The notes under the pieces are model-generated. The model saw nothing but the letters and a program-made list of their open reading frames with translations. It was not told the origin of the DNA and made no database searches. Both the position numbers and the translations under genes were made by a program. Below are positions 1 to 10,614 of a stretch of DNA of 32,935 bases, in pieces (within the stretch, counting starts at the first letter, position 1; the number at the start of each line of letters is the position of its first letter). Source of the stretch: Utricularia gibba (taxonomy: Eukaryota > Plantae > Magnoliophyta); the NCBI GenBank assembly GCA_002189035.1, contig NEEC01000299.1:1-32935 (forward strand), read 5' to 3'.

Positions 1-155
1 AAGCTTTTCCTTGAGAAACTATGTAGGCAGCGTAATAGCGCCGAACGTTAATAAATGCATCAATATTTTTGTCGGGCTACAAATGACTCTGGGCCGAGCT
101 CAACTCGACCTCCTGCTCGATACCGTTGCCCCACGAGAGTGCCTTATCAAATATA
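1..155 (+). repeat. Subunit A of the monomer (about 156 bp)
   Basis: Manual alignment of 1-76 against 156-232 gives 51 of 77 identical columns with one gap. Shared motifs are AAGC, TTGAGAAA and AATAA(A/C)TGCATCA..ATTTT(T/C)GTCG. Confidence 0.85.
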
Positions 156-314
156 AAGCATGCGGTTGAGAAAACCATTTTGGGTGCTCATGATATCCTA
201 ACTTCAATAACTGCATCACGATTTTCGTCGAGTAGGACCCGATGTGGCAAAGGAGTCAGACCGAACCTATGGTCAGAACGAAGTTCACAACGACATCACC
301 CGCCCAAAAACGAC
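156..314 (+). repeat. Subunit B of the monomer (about 159 bp), diverged paralogue of subunit A
   Basis: Begins AAGCATGCGGTTGAGAAAAC versus AAGCTTTTCCTTGAGAAAC in A. Homology is clear over the first 77 or so nt and weaker, by eye only, over the rest. Confidence 0.85.
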
Positions 315-1864
315 AAGCTTTTCCTTGTGAAAACCATTGAGGCAGCCTATTAAAACCAAACGTTAATAAATGCATCAATTTTTTTCCGAGCTACAAATGA
401 CTATGTGCCCGAGCTCGACTCGACCTCCTACTCGATACCGTTGCCCCACGAGAGCACCTTATCAAATATAAAGCATGCGGTTGAGAAAACCATTTTGGGT
501 TCTCCTGACATCCTAACTTTAATAAGTGCATCACGATTTTCGTCGAGTAGGACCCGATGTGGCAAAGGAGTCAGACCGAACGTTGGGTCAGAACGAAGTT
601 CACAACGAAATCACCCGCCCAAAAACGACAAGCTTTTCCTTGAGAAAACAATGTAGGCGTTCTATTAAAACCCAACGTTAATTAATGCATCAAGTTTTTT
701 GCCGAGCTACAAATGACTATGGGCCCGAGCTCGACTCGACCTCCTACTCGATACCGTTGCCCCACGAGAGCGCCTCCTCAAATATAAAGCATGCGGTTGA
801 GAAAACCATTTTGGGTGCTCATGACATCCTAACTTCAATAACTGCATCACGATTTTCGTCGAGTAGGACCCGATGTGGCAAAGGAGTCAGTCAGAACCTT
901 GGGTCCGAAGGAAGTTCCCAACGACATCACCCGCCCCCGAAACGATGTAGGCAGCCTAATAGCGCCGAACGTTAATAAATGCATCAATATTTTTGTCGGC
1001 TACAAATGACTCTGGGAGCGAGCCCGACTCGACCTTTTGCCCGATACCGTGCCCCACTAGAGCGCCTCCTCAACTACAAAGCATGCGATTGATAAAAGCA
1101 TTTTGGGTGCTCATGAAATCCTAACGTCAATAACTGCATCACGATTTTCGTCGAGTAGGACCAGATTTAACAAAAGGAGACATACCGAACCTTGGGTCGC
1201 AACGAAGTTAACAACGACATCACCCGCCCAAAAACGACAAGCTTTTCCTTGAGAAACCATGTTGGCAGCCTATTAAAACCCAACATTAAAAAATGCATCA
1301 AGTTTTTTGCCGAGCTACAAATGACTCTGGGACCGAGCTCGACTCGACCTCCTGCTCGATACCGTTGCCCACGAGAGTGCCTTATCAAATATAAAGCATG
1401 CGGTTGAGAAAACCATTTTGGGTGCTCATGATATCCTAACTTCAATAACTGCATCACGATTTTCGTCGAGTAGGACCCGATGTGGCAAAGGAGTCAGACC
1501 GAACCTATGGTCAGAACGAAGTTCCAAAAGACATCACCGCCCAGAAACGACAAGCTTTTCCTTGAGAGACCATGTAGGTAGCCTATTAAAACCCAACGTT
1601 AATAAATGCATCACTTTTTTTGACAGGCTAAAAATGACTCTGGAGCGAGCCCGACTCGACCTTTTGCCCGATACCGTGCCCCACTAGAGCGCCTCCTCAA
1701 CTACAAAGCATGCGATTGAAAAAAGCATTTTGGGTGCTGATGAAATCCTAACTTCAATAACTGCATCACGATTTTCGTCGAGTAGGACCAGATTTGGCAA
1801 AGGAGACAGACCGAACCTTGGGTCAGAACGAAGTTCACAACGACATCACCCGCCCAAAAACGAC
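315..1864 (+). repeat. 5-monomer HOR unit X-Y-Z(L)-V-W(L), first copy
   Basis: The order of diagnostic A-half starts (ACCATTGAGG; ACAATGTAGGCG with TTAATTAA; AATAGCGCC plus L block; AAAAAATGC with GGGACCG; GACAGGCTAAAAA plus L block) recurs at 6561-8126 and 10615-12175. Confidence 0.8.
939..952 (+). other. Junction of a 22-bp deletion that removes the HindIII landmark of one monomer
   Basis: The window reads GAAACGAT|GTAGGC here, where equivalent units (7183-7216 for example) read GAAACGAT AAGCTTTTCCTTGAGAAACTAT GTAGGC. Confidence 0.9.
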
Positions 1865-3434
1865 AAGCTTTTCCTTGAGAAAACCATTGAGGCAGCCTAT
1901 TAAAACCAACCGTTAATAAATGCATCAAGTTTTTTGCCGAGCTACAAATGACTATGGGCCCGAGCTCGACTCGACCTCCTACTCGATACCGTTGCCCCAC
2001 GAGAGCACCTTATCAAATATAAAGCATGCGGTTGAGAAAACCATTTTGGGTGCTCATGAAATCCTAACTTCAATAACTGCATCACGATTTTCGTCGAGTA
2101 GGACCCGATGTGGCAAAGGAGTCAGACAGAACCTTGGGTCCGAACGAAGTTCCCAACGACATCACCCGCGCAGAAACGACAAGCTTTTCCTTGAGAAAAC
2201 AATGTAGGCGTTCTATTAAAACCCAACGTTAATTAATGCATCAAGTTTTTTGCCGAGCTACAAATGACTATGGGCCCGAGCTCGACTCGACCTCCTACTC
2301 GATTCCGTTGCCCCACGAGAGCGCCTCCTCAAATATAAAGCATACGGTTGAGAAAACCATTTTGGGTGCTCATGACATCCTAACTTCAATAACTGCATCA
2401 CGATTTTCGTCGAGTAGGACCCGATGTGGCAAAGGAGTCAGTCAGAACCTTGGGTCCAAACGAAGTTCCCAACGACATCACCGGCCAGAAACGATAAGCT
2501 TTTCCTTGAGAAACTATGTAGGCAGCCTAATAGCGCCGAACGTTAATAAATGCATCAATATTTTTGTCGGGCTACAAATGACTCTGGGCCCGAGCTCGAC
2601 TCGACCTCCTGCTCGATACCGTTGCCCACGAGAGCACCTTATCAAATATAAAGCATGTGGTTGAGAAAACCATTTTGGGTGCTCCTGACATCCTAACTTT
2701 AATAAGTGCATCACGATTTTCGTCGAGTAGGACCCGATGTGGCAAAGGAGTCAGACAGAACCTTGGGTCCGAACGAAATTCCCAACGACATCACCCGCGC
2801 AGAAACGACAAGCTTTTCTTGAGAAACTATGTAGGCAGCCTAATAGAGCCGAACGTTAATAAATGCATCAATTTTTTGTCGGGCTACAAATGACTCTGGG
2901 CCCGAGCTCGACTCGACCTCCTGCTCGATACCGTTGCCCCACGAGAGCGCCTCCTCAATATAAAGCATGCGGTTGAGAAAACCATTTTGGGTGCTCATGA
3001 CATCCTAACTTCAATAACTGCATCACGATTTTCGTCGAGTAGGACCCGATGTGGCAAAGGAGTCAGACAGAACCTTGGGTCCGAACGAAGTTCCCAACGA
3101 CATCACCCGCGCAGAAACGACAAGCTTTTCCTTGAGAAACTATGTAGGCAGCCTAATAGCGCCGAACGTTAATAAATGCATCAATTTTTTGTCGGGCTAC
3201 AAACGACTCTGGGAGCGAGCCCGACTCGACCTTTTGCCCGATACCGTGCCCCACTAGAGCGCCTCCTCAACTACAAAGCATGCGATTGACAAAAGCATTT
3301 TGGGTGCTCATGAAATCCTAACTTCAATAACTGCATCACGATTTTCGTCGAGTAGGACCAGATTTGGCAAAGGAGACAGACCGAACCTTGGGTCAGAACG
3401 AAGTTCACAACGACATCACCCGCCCAAAAACGAC

Positions 3435-5937
3435 AAGCTTTTCCTTGAGAAAACCATTTAGGCGGCCTATTAAAACCAACCGTTAATAAATGCATCAAGT
3501 TTTTTGCCGAGCTACAAATGACTATGGGCCCGAGCTCGACTCGACCTCCTGCTCGATACCGTTGCCCCACGAGAGTGCCTTATCAAATATAAAGCATGCG
3601 GTTGAGAAAACCATTTTGGGTGCTCATGATATCCTAACTTCAATAACTGCATCACGATTTTCGTCGAGTAGGACCCGATGTGGCAAAGGAGTCAGACAGA
3701 ACCTTGGGTCCGAACGAAGTTCCCAACGACATCACCCGGCCAAAAACGACAGCTTTTCCTTGAGAAACTATGTAGGCAGCCTAATAAAGCCAACGTTAAT
3801 AAATGCATCAATTTTTTTGCCGAGCTACAAATGACAATGGGCCCGAGCTCGACTCGACCTCCTGCTCGATACCGTTGCCCCACTAGAGCGCCTCCTCAAA
3901 TATAAAGCATGCGGTTGAGAAAACCATTTTGGGTGCTCATGACATCCTAACTTCAATAATGCATCACGATTTTCGTCGAGTAGGACCGATGTGGCAAAGG
4001 AGACAGACCGAACCTTGGGTCAGAACGAAGTTCACAACGACATCACCCGCCCAAAAACGACAAGCTTTTCCTTGAGAAACCATGTAGGCAGCCTATTAAA
4101 ACCAACGTTAAAAAATGCATCAAGTTTTTGCCGAGCTACAAATGACTCTGGGACCGAGCTCGACTCGACCTCCTGCTCGATACCGTTGCCCCACGAGAGT
4201 GCCTTATCAAATTAAAAGCATGCGGTTGAGAAAACCATTTTGGGTGCTCATGAATCTAACTTCAATAACTGCATCATGATTTTCGTCGAGTAGGACCCGA
4301 TGTGGCAAAGGAGTCAGACCGAACCTATGGTCAGAACGAAGTTCCAAAGACATCACCCGCCCAGAAACGACAAGCTTTTCCTTGAGAACCATGTAGGTAG
4401 CCTATTAAAACCCAACGTTAATAAATGCATCACTTTTTTTGACAGGCTAAAAATGACTCTGGGAGCGAGCCCGACTCGACCTTTTGCCCGATACCGTGCC
4501 CCACTAGAGCGCCTCCTCAACTACAAAGCATGCGATTGAAAAAGCATTTTGGGTGCTCATGAAATCCTAACTTCAATAACTGCATCACGATTTTCGTCGA
4601 GTAGGACCAGATTTGGCAAAAGAGACAGACCGAACCTTGGGTCAGAACGAAGTTCACAACGACATCACCCGCCCAAAAACGACAAGCTTTTTCTTGAGAA
4701 AACCATTTAGGCAGCCTATTAAAACCAACCGTTAATAAATGCATCAAGTTTTTTGCCGAGCTACAAATGACTATGGGCCCGAGCTCGACTCGACCTCCTG
4801 CTCGATACCGTTGCCCCACGAGAGTGCCTTATCAAATATAAAGCATGCGGTTGAGAAAACCATTTTGGGTGCTCATGATATCCTAACTTCAATAACTGCA
4901 TCACGATTTTCGTCGAGTAGGACCCGATGTGGCAAAGGAGTCAGACAGAACCTTGGTCCGAACGAAGTTCCCAACGACATCACCCGGCCAAAAACGACAA
5001 GCTTTTCCTTGAGAAACTATGTAGGCAGCCTAATAAAGCCGAACGTTAATAAATGCATCAATTTTTTTGCCGAGCTACAAATGACTATGGGCCCGAGCTC
5101 GACTCGACCTCCTGCTCGATACCGTTGCCCCACTAGAGCGCCTCCTCAAATATAAAGCATGCGGTTGAGAAAACCATTTTGGGTGCTCATGACATCCTAA
5201 CTTCAATAAATGCATCACGATTTCGTCGAGTAGGACCTGATGTGGCAAAGGAGACAGACCGAACCTTGGGTCAGAACGAAGTTCACAACGACATCACCCG
5301 CCCAAAAACGACAAGCTTTTCCTTGAGAAACCATGTAGGCAGCCTATTAAAACCCAACGTTAAAAAAATGCATCAAGTTTTTTGCCGAGCTACAAATGAC
5401 TCTGGGCCGAGCTCGACTCGACCTCCTGCTCGATACCGTTGCCCCACGAGAGTGCCTTATCAAATTAAAAGCATGCGGTTGAGAAAACCATTTTGGGTGC
5501 TCATGATATCTAACTTCAATAACTGCATCACGATTTTCGTCGAGTAGGACCCGATGTGGCAAAGGAGTCAGACCGAACCTATGGTCAGAACGAAGTTCCA
5601 AAAGACATCACCCGCCCAGAAACGACAAGCTTTTCCTTGAGAAACCATGTAGGTAGCCTATTAAAACCCAACGTTAATAAATGCATCATTTTTTTTGACA
5701 GGCTAAAAATGACTCTGGGAGCGAGCCCGACTCGACCTTTGCCCGATACCGTGCCCCACTAGAGCGCCTCCTCAACTACAAAGCATGCGATTGAAAAAGC
5801 ATTTTGGGTGCTCATGAAATCCTAACTTCAATAACTGCATCACGATTTTCGTCGAGTAGGACCAGATTTGGCAAAGAGACAGACCGAACCTTGGGTCAGA
5901 ACGAAGTTCACAACGACATCACCCGCCCAAAAACGAC
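3435..5937 (+). repeat. Tandem duplication of a 4-monomer HOR (X'-U'-V-W), period about 1249 bp
   Basis: Private alleles repeat at 1248-1249 bp: ACCATTTAGG at 3453 and 4702, CCCGGCCAAAAA at 3735 and 4983. Confidence 0.85.
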
Positions 5938-6560
5938 AAGCTTTTCCTTGAGAAAACCATTGAGGCAGCCTATTAAAAACCGTTAATAAATGCATCAAGT
6001 TTTTTGCCGAGCTACAAATGACTATGGGCCCGAGCTCGACTCGACCTCCTACTCGATACCGTTGCCCCACGAGAGCACCTTATCAAATATAAAGCATGCG
6101 GTTGAGAAAACCATTTTGGGTGCTCATGACATCCTAACTTCAATAACTGCATCACGATTTTCGTCGAGTAGGACCCGATGTGGCAAAGGAGTCAGACAGA
6201 ACCTTGGGTCGAACGAAGTTCCCAACGACATCACCCGCGCAGAAACGACAAGCTTTTCCTTGAGAAAACAATGTAGGCGCTATTAAAACCCAACGTTAAT
6301 TAATGCATCAAGTTTTTTGCCGAGCTACAAATGACTCTGGGCCCGAGCTCGACTCGACCTCCTGCTCGATACCGTTGCCCCACGAGAGCACCTTATCAAA
6401 TATAAAGCATGCGGTTGAGAAAACCATTTTGGGTGCTCATGACATCCTAACTTCAATAAGCATCACGATTTTCGTCGAGTAGGACCCGATGTGGCAAAGG
6501 AGTCAGACCGAACTTGGGTCAGAACGAAGTTCACAACGACATCACCCGCCCAAAAACGAC

Positions 6561-8126
6561 AAGCTTTTCCTTGAGAAAACCATTGAGGCAGCCTATTAAA
6601 ACCAACGTTAATAAATGCATCAAGTTTTTTGCCGAGCTACAAATGACTATGGGCCCGAGCTCGACTCGACCTCCTACTCGATACCGTTGCCCCACGAGAG
6701 CGCCTCCTCAAATATAAAGCATGCGGTTGAGAAAACCATTTTGGGTGCTCATGACATCCTAACTTCAATAACTGCATCACGATTTTCGTCGAGTAGGACC
6801 CGATGTGGCAAAGGAGTCAGACCGAACTTGGGTCAGAACGAAGTTCACAACGAAATCACCCGCCCAAAAACGACAAGCTTTTCCTTGAGAAAACAATGTA
6901 GGCGCCTATTAAAACCCAACGTTAATTAATGCATCAAGTTTTTTGCCGAGCTACAAATGACTATGGGCCCGAGCTCGACTCGACCTCCTACTCGATACCG
7001 TTGCCCCACGAGAGCGCCTCCTCAAATATAAAGCATGCGGTTGAGAAAACCATTTTGGGTGCTCATGACATCCTAACTTCAATAACTGCATCACGATTTT
7101 CGTCGAGTAGGACCCGATGTGGCAAAGGAGTCAGTCAGAACCTTGGGTCCGAACGAAGTTCCCAACGACATCACCCGCCCAGAAACGATAAGCTTTTCCT
7201 TGAGAAACTATGTAGGCAGCCTAATAGCGCCGAACGTTAATAAATGCATCAATTTTTTGTCGGGCTACAAATGACTCTGGGAGCGAGCCCGACTCGACCT
7301 TTTGCCCGATACCGTGCCCCACTAGAGCGCCTCCTCAACTACAAAGCATGCGATTGACAAAAGCCTTTTGGGTGCTCATGAAATCCTAACGTCAATAACT
7401 GCATCACGATTTTCGTCGAGTAGGACCAGATTTGGCAAAGGAGACAGACCGAACCTTGGGTCGAACGAAGTTAACAACGACATCACCCGCCCAAAAACGA
7501 CAAGCTTTTCCTTGAGAAACCATGTAGGCAGCCTATTAAAACCCAACGTTAAAAAATGCATCAAGTTTTTTGCCGAGCTACAAATGACTCTGGGACCGAG
7601 CTCGACTCGACCTCCTGCTCGATACCGTTGCCCCACGAGAGTGCCTTATCAAATTAAAAGCATGCGGTTGAGAAAACCATTTTGGGTGCTCATGATATCT
7701 AACTTCAATAACTGCATCACGATTTTCGTCGAGTAGGACCCGATGTGGCAAAGGAGTCAGACCGAACCTATGGTCAGAACGAAGTTCCAAAAGACATCAC
7801 CCGCCCAGAAACGACAAGCTTTTCCTTGAGAACCATGTAGGCAGCCTATTAAAACCCAACGTTAATAAATGCATCACTTTTTTGACAGGCTAAAATGACT
7901 CTGGGAGCGAGCCCGACTCGACCTTTTGCCCGATACCGTGCCCCACTAGAGCGCCTCCTCAACTACAAAGCATGCGATTGAAAAAAGCATTTTGGGTGCT
8001 CATGAAATCCTAACTTCAATAACTGCATCACGATTTTCGTCGAGTAGGACCAGATTTGGCAAAGGAGACAGACCGAACCTTGGGTCAGAACGAAGTTCAC
8101 AACGACATCACCCGCCCAAAAACGAC
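6561..8126 (+). repeat. 5-monomer HOR unit X-Y-Z(L)-V-W(L), second copy
   Basis: Shares rare alleles with 315-1864: GAAATCACC, CTAACGTCAAT (1121 and 7386) and GTTAACAAC. Confidence 0.8.
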
Positions 8127-10614
8127 AAGCTTTTCCTTGAGAAAACCCTTGAGGCAGCCTATTAAAACCAACGTTAATAAATGCATCAAGTTTTTTGCCG
8201 AGCTACAAATGACTATGGGCCCGAGCTCGACTCGACCTCCTACTCGATACCGTTGCCCACGAGAGCACCTTATCAAATATAAAGCATGCGGTTGAGAAAA
8301 CCATTTTGGGTGCTCATGAAATCCTAACTTCAATAACTGCATCACGATTTTCGTCGAGTAGGACCCGATGTGGCAAAGGAGTCAGTCAGAACCTTGGTCC
8401 GAACGAAGTTCCCAACGACATCACCCGCCCAGAAACGATAAGCTTTTCCTTGAGAAACTATGTAGGCAGCCTAATAGCCCGAACGTTAATAAATGCATCA
8501 ATATTTTTGTCGGGCTACAAATGACTCTGGGAGCGAGCCCGACTCGACCTTTGCCCGATACCGTGCCCCACTAGAGCGCCTCCTAAACTACAAAGCATGC
8601 GATTGAAAAAAGCATTTTGGGTGCTCATGAAATCCTAACTTCAATAACTGCATCACGATTTTCGTCGAGTAGGACCCGATGTGGCAAAGGAGTCAGACAG
8701 AACCTTGGGTCCGAACGAAGTTCCCAACGACATCACCCGCCAAAACGACAAGCTTTTCCTTGAGAAACTATGTAGGGAGCCTAATAAAGCCAACGTTAAT
8801 AAATGCATCAATTTTTTTGCCGGCTACAAATGACTCTGGGCCCGAGCTCGACTCGACCTCCTGCTCGATACCGTTGCCCCACGAGAGTGCCTTATCAAAT
8901 TAAAAGCATGCGGTTGAGAAAACCATTTTGGGTGCTCATGATATCCTAACTTCAATAACTGCATCACGATTTTCGTCGAGTAGGACCCGATGTGGCAAAG
9001 GAGTCAGACCGAACCTTGGTCAGAACGAAGTTCCAAAAGACATCACCGCCCAGAAACGACAGCTTTTCCTTGAGAACCATGTAGGTAGCCTATTAAAACC
9101 CAACGTTAATAAATGCATCATTTTTTGACAGGCTAAAAATGACTCTGGGCGAGCCCGACTCGACCTTTTGCCCGATACCGTGCCCCACTAGAGCGCCTCC
9201 TCAACTACAAAGCATGCGATTGAAAAAAGCATTTTGGGTGCTCATGAAATCCTAACTTCAATAACTGCATCACGATTTTCGTCGAGTAGGACCAGATTTG
9301 GCAAAGGAGACAGACCGAACCTTGGGTCAGAACGAAGTTCACAACGACATCACCCGCCCAAAAACGACAAGCTTTTCCTTGAGAAAACCATTGAGGCAGC
9401 CTATTAAAACCAACCGTTAATAAATGCATCAAGTTTTTTGCCGAGCTACAAATGACTATGGGCCCGAGCTCGACTCGACCTCCTACTCGATACCGTTGCC
9501 CCACGAGAGCGCCTTATCAAATATAAAGCATGCGGTTGAGAAAACCATTTTGGGTGCTCATGAAATCCTAACTTCAATAACTGCATCACGATTTTCGTCG
9601 AGTAGGACCCGATGTGGCAAAGGAGTCAGTCAGAACCTTGGGTCCGAACGAAGTTCCCAACGACATCACCCGCCCAGAAACGATAAGCTTTTCCTTGAGA
9701 AACTATGTAGGCAGCCTAATAGCGCCGAACGTTAATAAATGCATCAATTTTTTGTCGGGCTACAAATGACTCTGGGAGCGAGCCCGACTCGACCTTTTGC
9801 CCGATACCGTGCCCCACTAGAGCGCCTCCTAAATACAAAGCATGCGATTGAAAAAGCATTTTGGGTGCTCATGAAATCCTAACTTCAATAACTGCATCAC
9901 GATTTTCGTCGAGTAGGACCCGATGTGGCAAAGGAGTCAGACAGAACCTTGGGTCCGAACGAAGTTCCCAACGACATCACCCGCCAGAAACGACAAGCTT
10001 TTCCTTGAGAAACTATGTAGGCAGCCTAAAAACCGAACGTTAATAAATGCATCAATTTTTTTGCCGGGCTACAAATGACTCTGGGCCCGAGCTCGACTCG
10101 ACCTCCTGCTCGATACCGTTGCCCCACGAGAGTGCCTTATCAAATTAAAGCATGCGGTTGAGAAAACCATTTTGGGTGCTCATGATATCCTAACTTCAAT
10201 AACTGCATCACGATTTTCGTCGAGTAGGACCCGATGTGGCAAAGGAGTCAGACCGAACCTTGGTCAGAACGAAGTTCCAAAAGACATCACCGCCCAGAAA
10301 CGACAAGCTTTTCCTTGAGAACCATGTAGGCAGCCTATTAAAACCCAACGTTAATAAATGCATCACTTTTTTTGACGGCTAAAATGACTCTGGGAGCGAG
10401 CCCGACTCGACCTTTTGCCCGATACCGTGCCCCACTAGAGCGCCTCCTCAATACAAAGCATGCGATTGAAAAAAGCATTTTGGGTGCTCATGAAATCCTA
10501 ACTTCAATAACTGCATCACGATTTTCGTCGAGTAGGACCAGATTTGGCAAAGGAGACAGACCGAACCTTGGGTCAGAACGAAGTTCACAACGACATCACC
10601 CGCCCAAAAACGAC
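8127..10614 (+). repeat. Two tandem copies of the 4-monomer HOR X-Z(L)-U-W(L), period about 1245 bp
   Basis: Unit starts at 8127, 8440, 8750, about 9060 and then 9369, 9685, 9995, 10305, with the same class order. A third copy lies at 12176-13419. Confidence 0.8.

Larger units (their letters stand above)
1..314 (+). repeat. Representative satellite monomer (HindIII to HindIII)
   Basis: AAGCTT at 1 and the next at 315. The next complete units are 315 bp (315-629), and 313-316 bp is typical in the first 3.4 kb. Confidence 0.97.

Noticed and set aside
50-157. AATAAA (50-55) and TATAAA (152-157) as poly(A) signal and TATA box
   Set aside because: These are hexamers in AT-rich patches with no associated gene or transcript evidence. 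TATAAA is lost in L-type monomers, and AATAAA in Y and V monomers.
223-243. CENP-B box candidate at TTTTCGTCGAGTAGGACCCG
   Set aside because: TTCG is present, but the required A and CGGG of the NTTCGNNNNANNCGGGN core are not. The CCCG sites I checked on the opposite strand also fail.
1-314. 5S rDNA or other small-RNA gene array, suggested by the unit length
   Set aside because: I found no 5S rRNA coding sequence or A/C-box on either strand, and no tRNA cloverleaf. The minus-strand GGTTCGGTC is only a partial B-box match with no convincing A-box.
1-314. Phased A/T tracts implying intrinsic DNA curvature
   Set aside because: A and T tracts are present, but I could not see a consistent spacing of about 10.5 bp by eye. 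A periodicity or curvature calculation would be needed.
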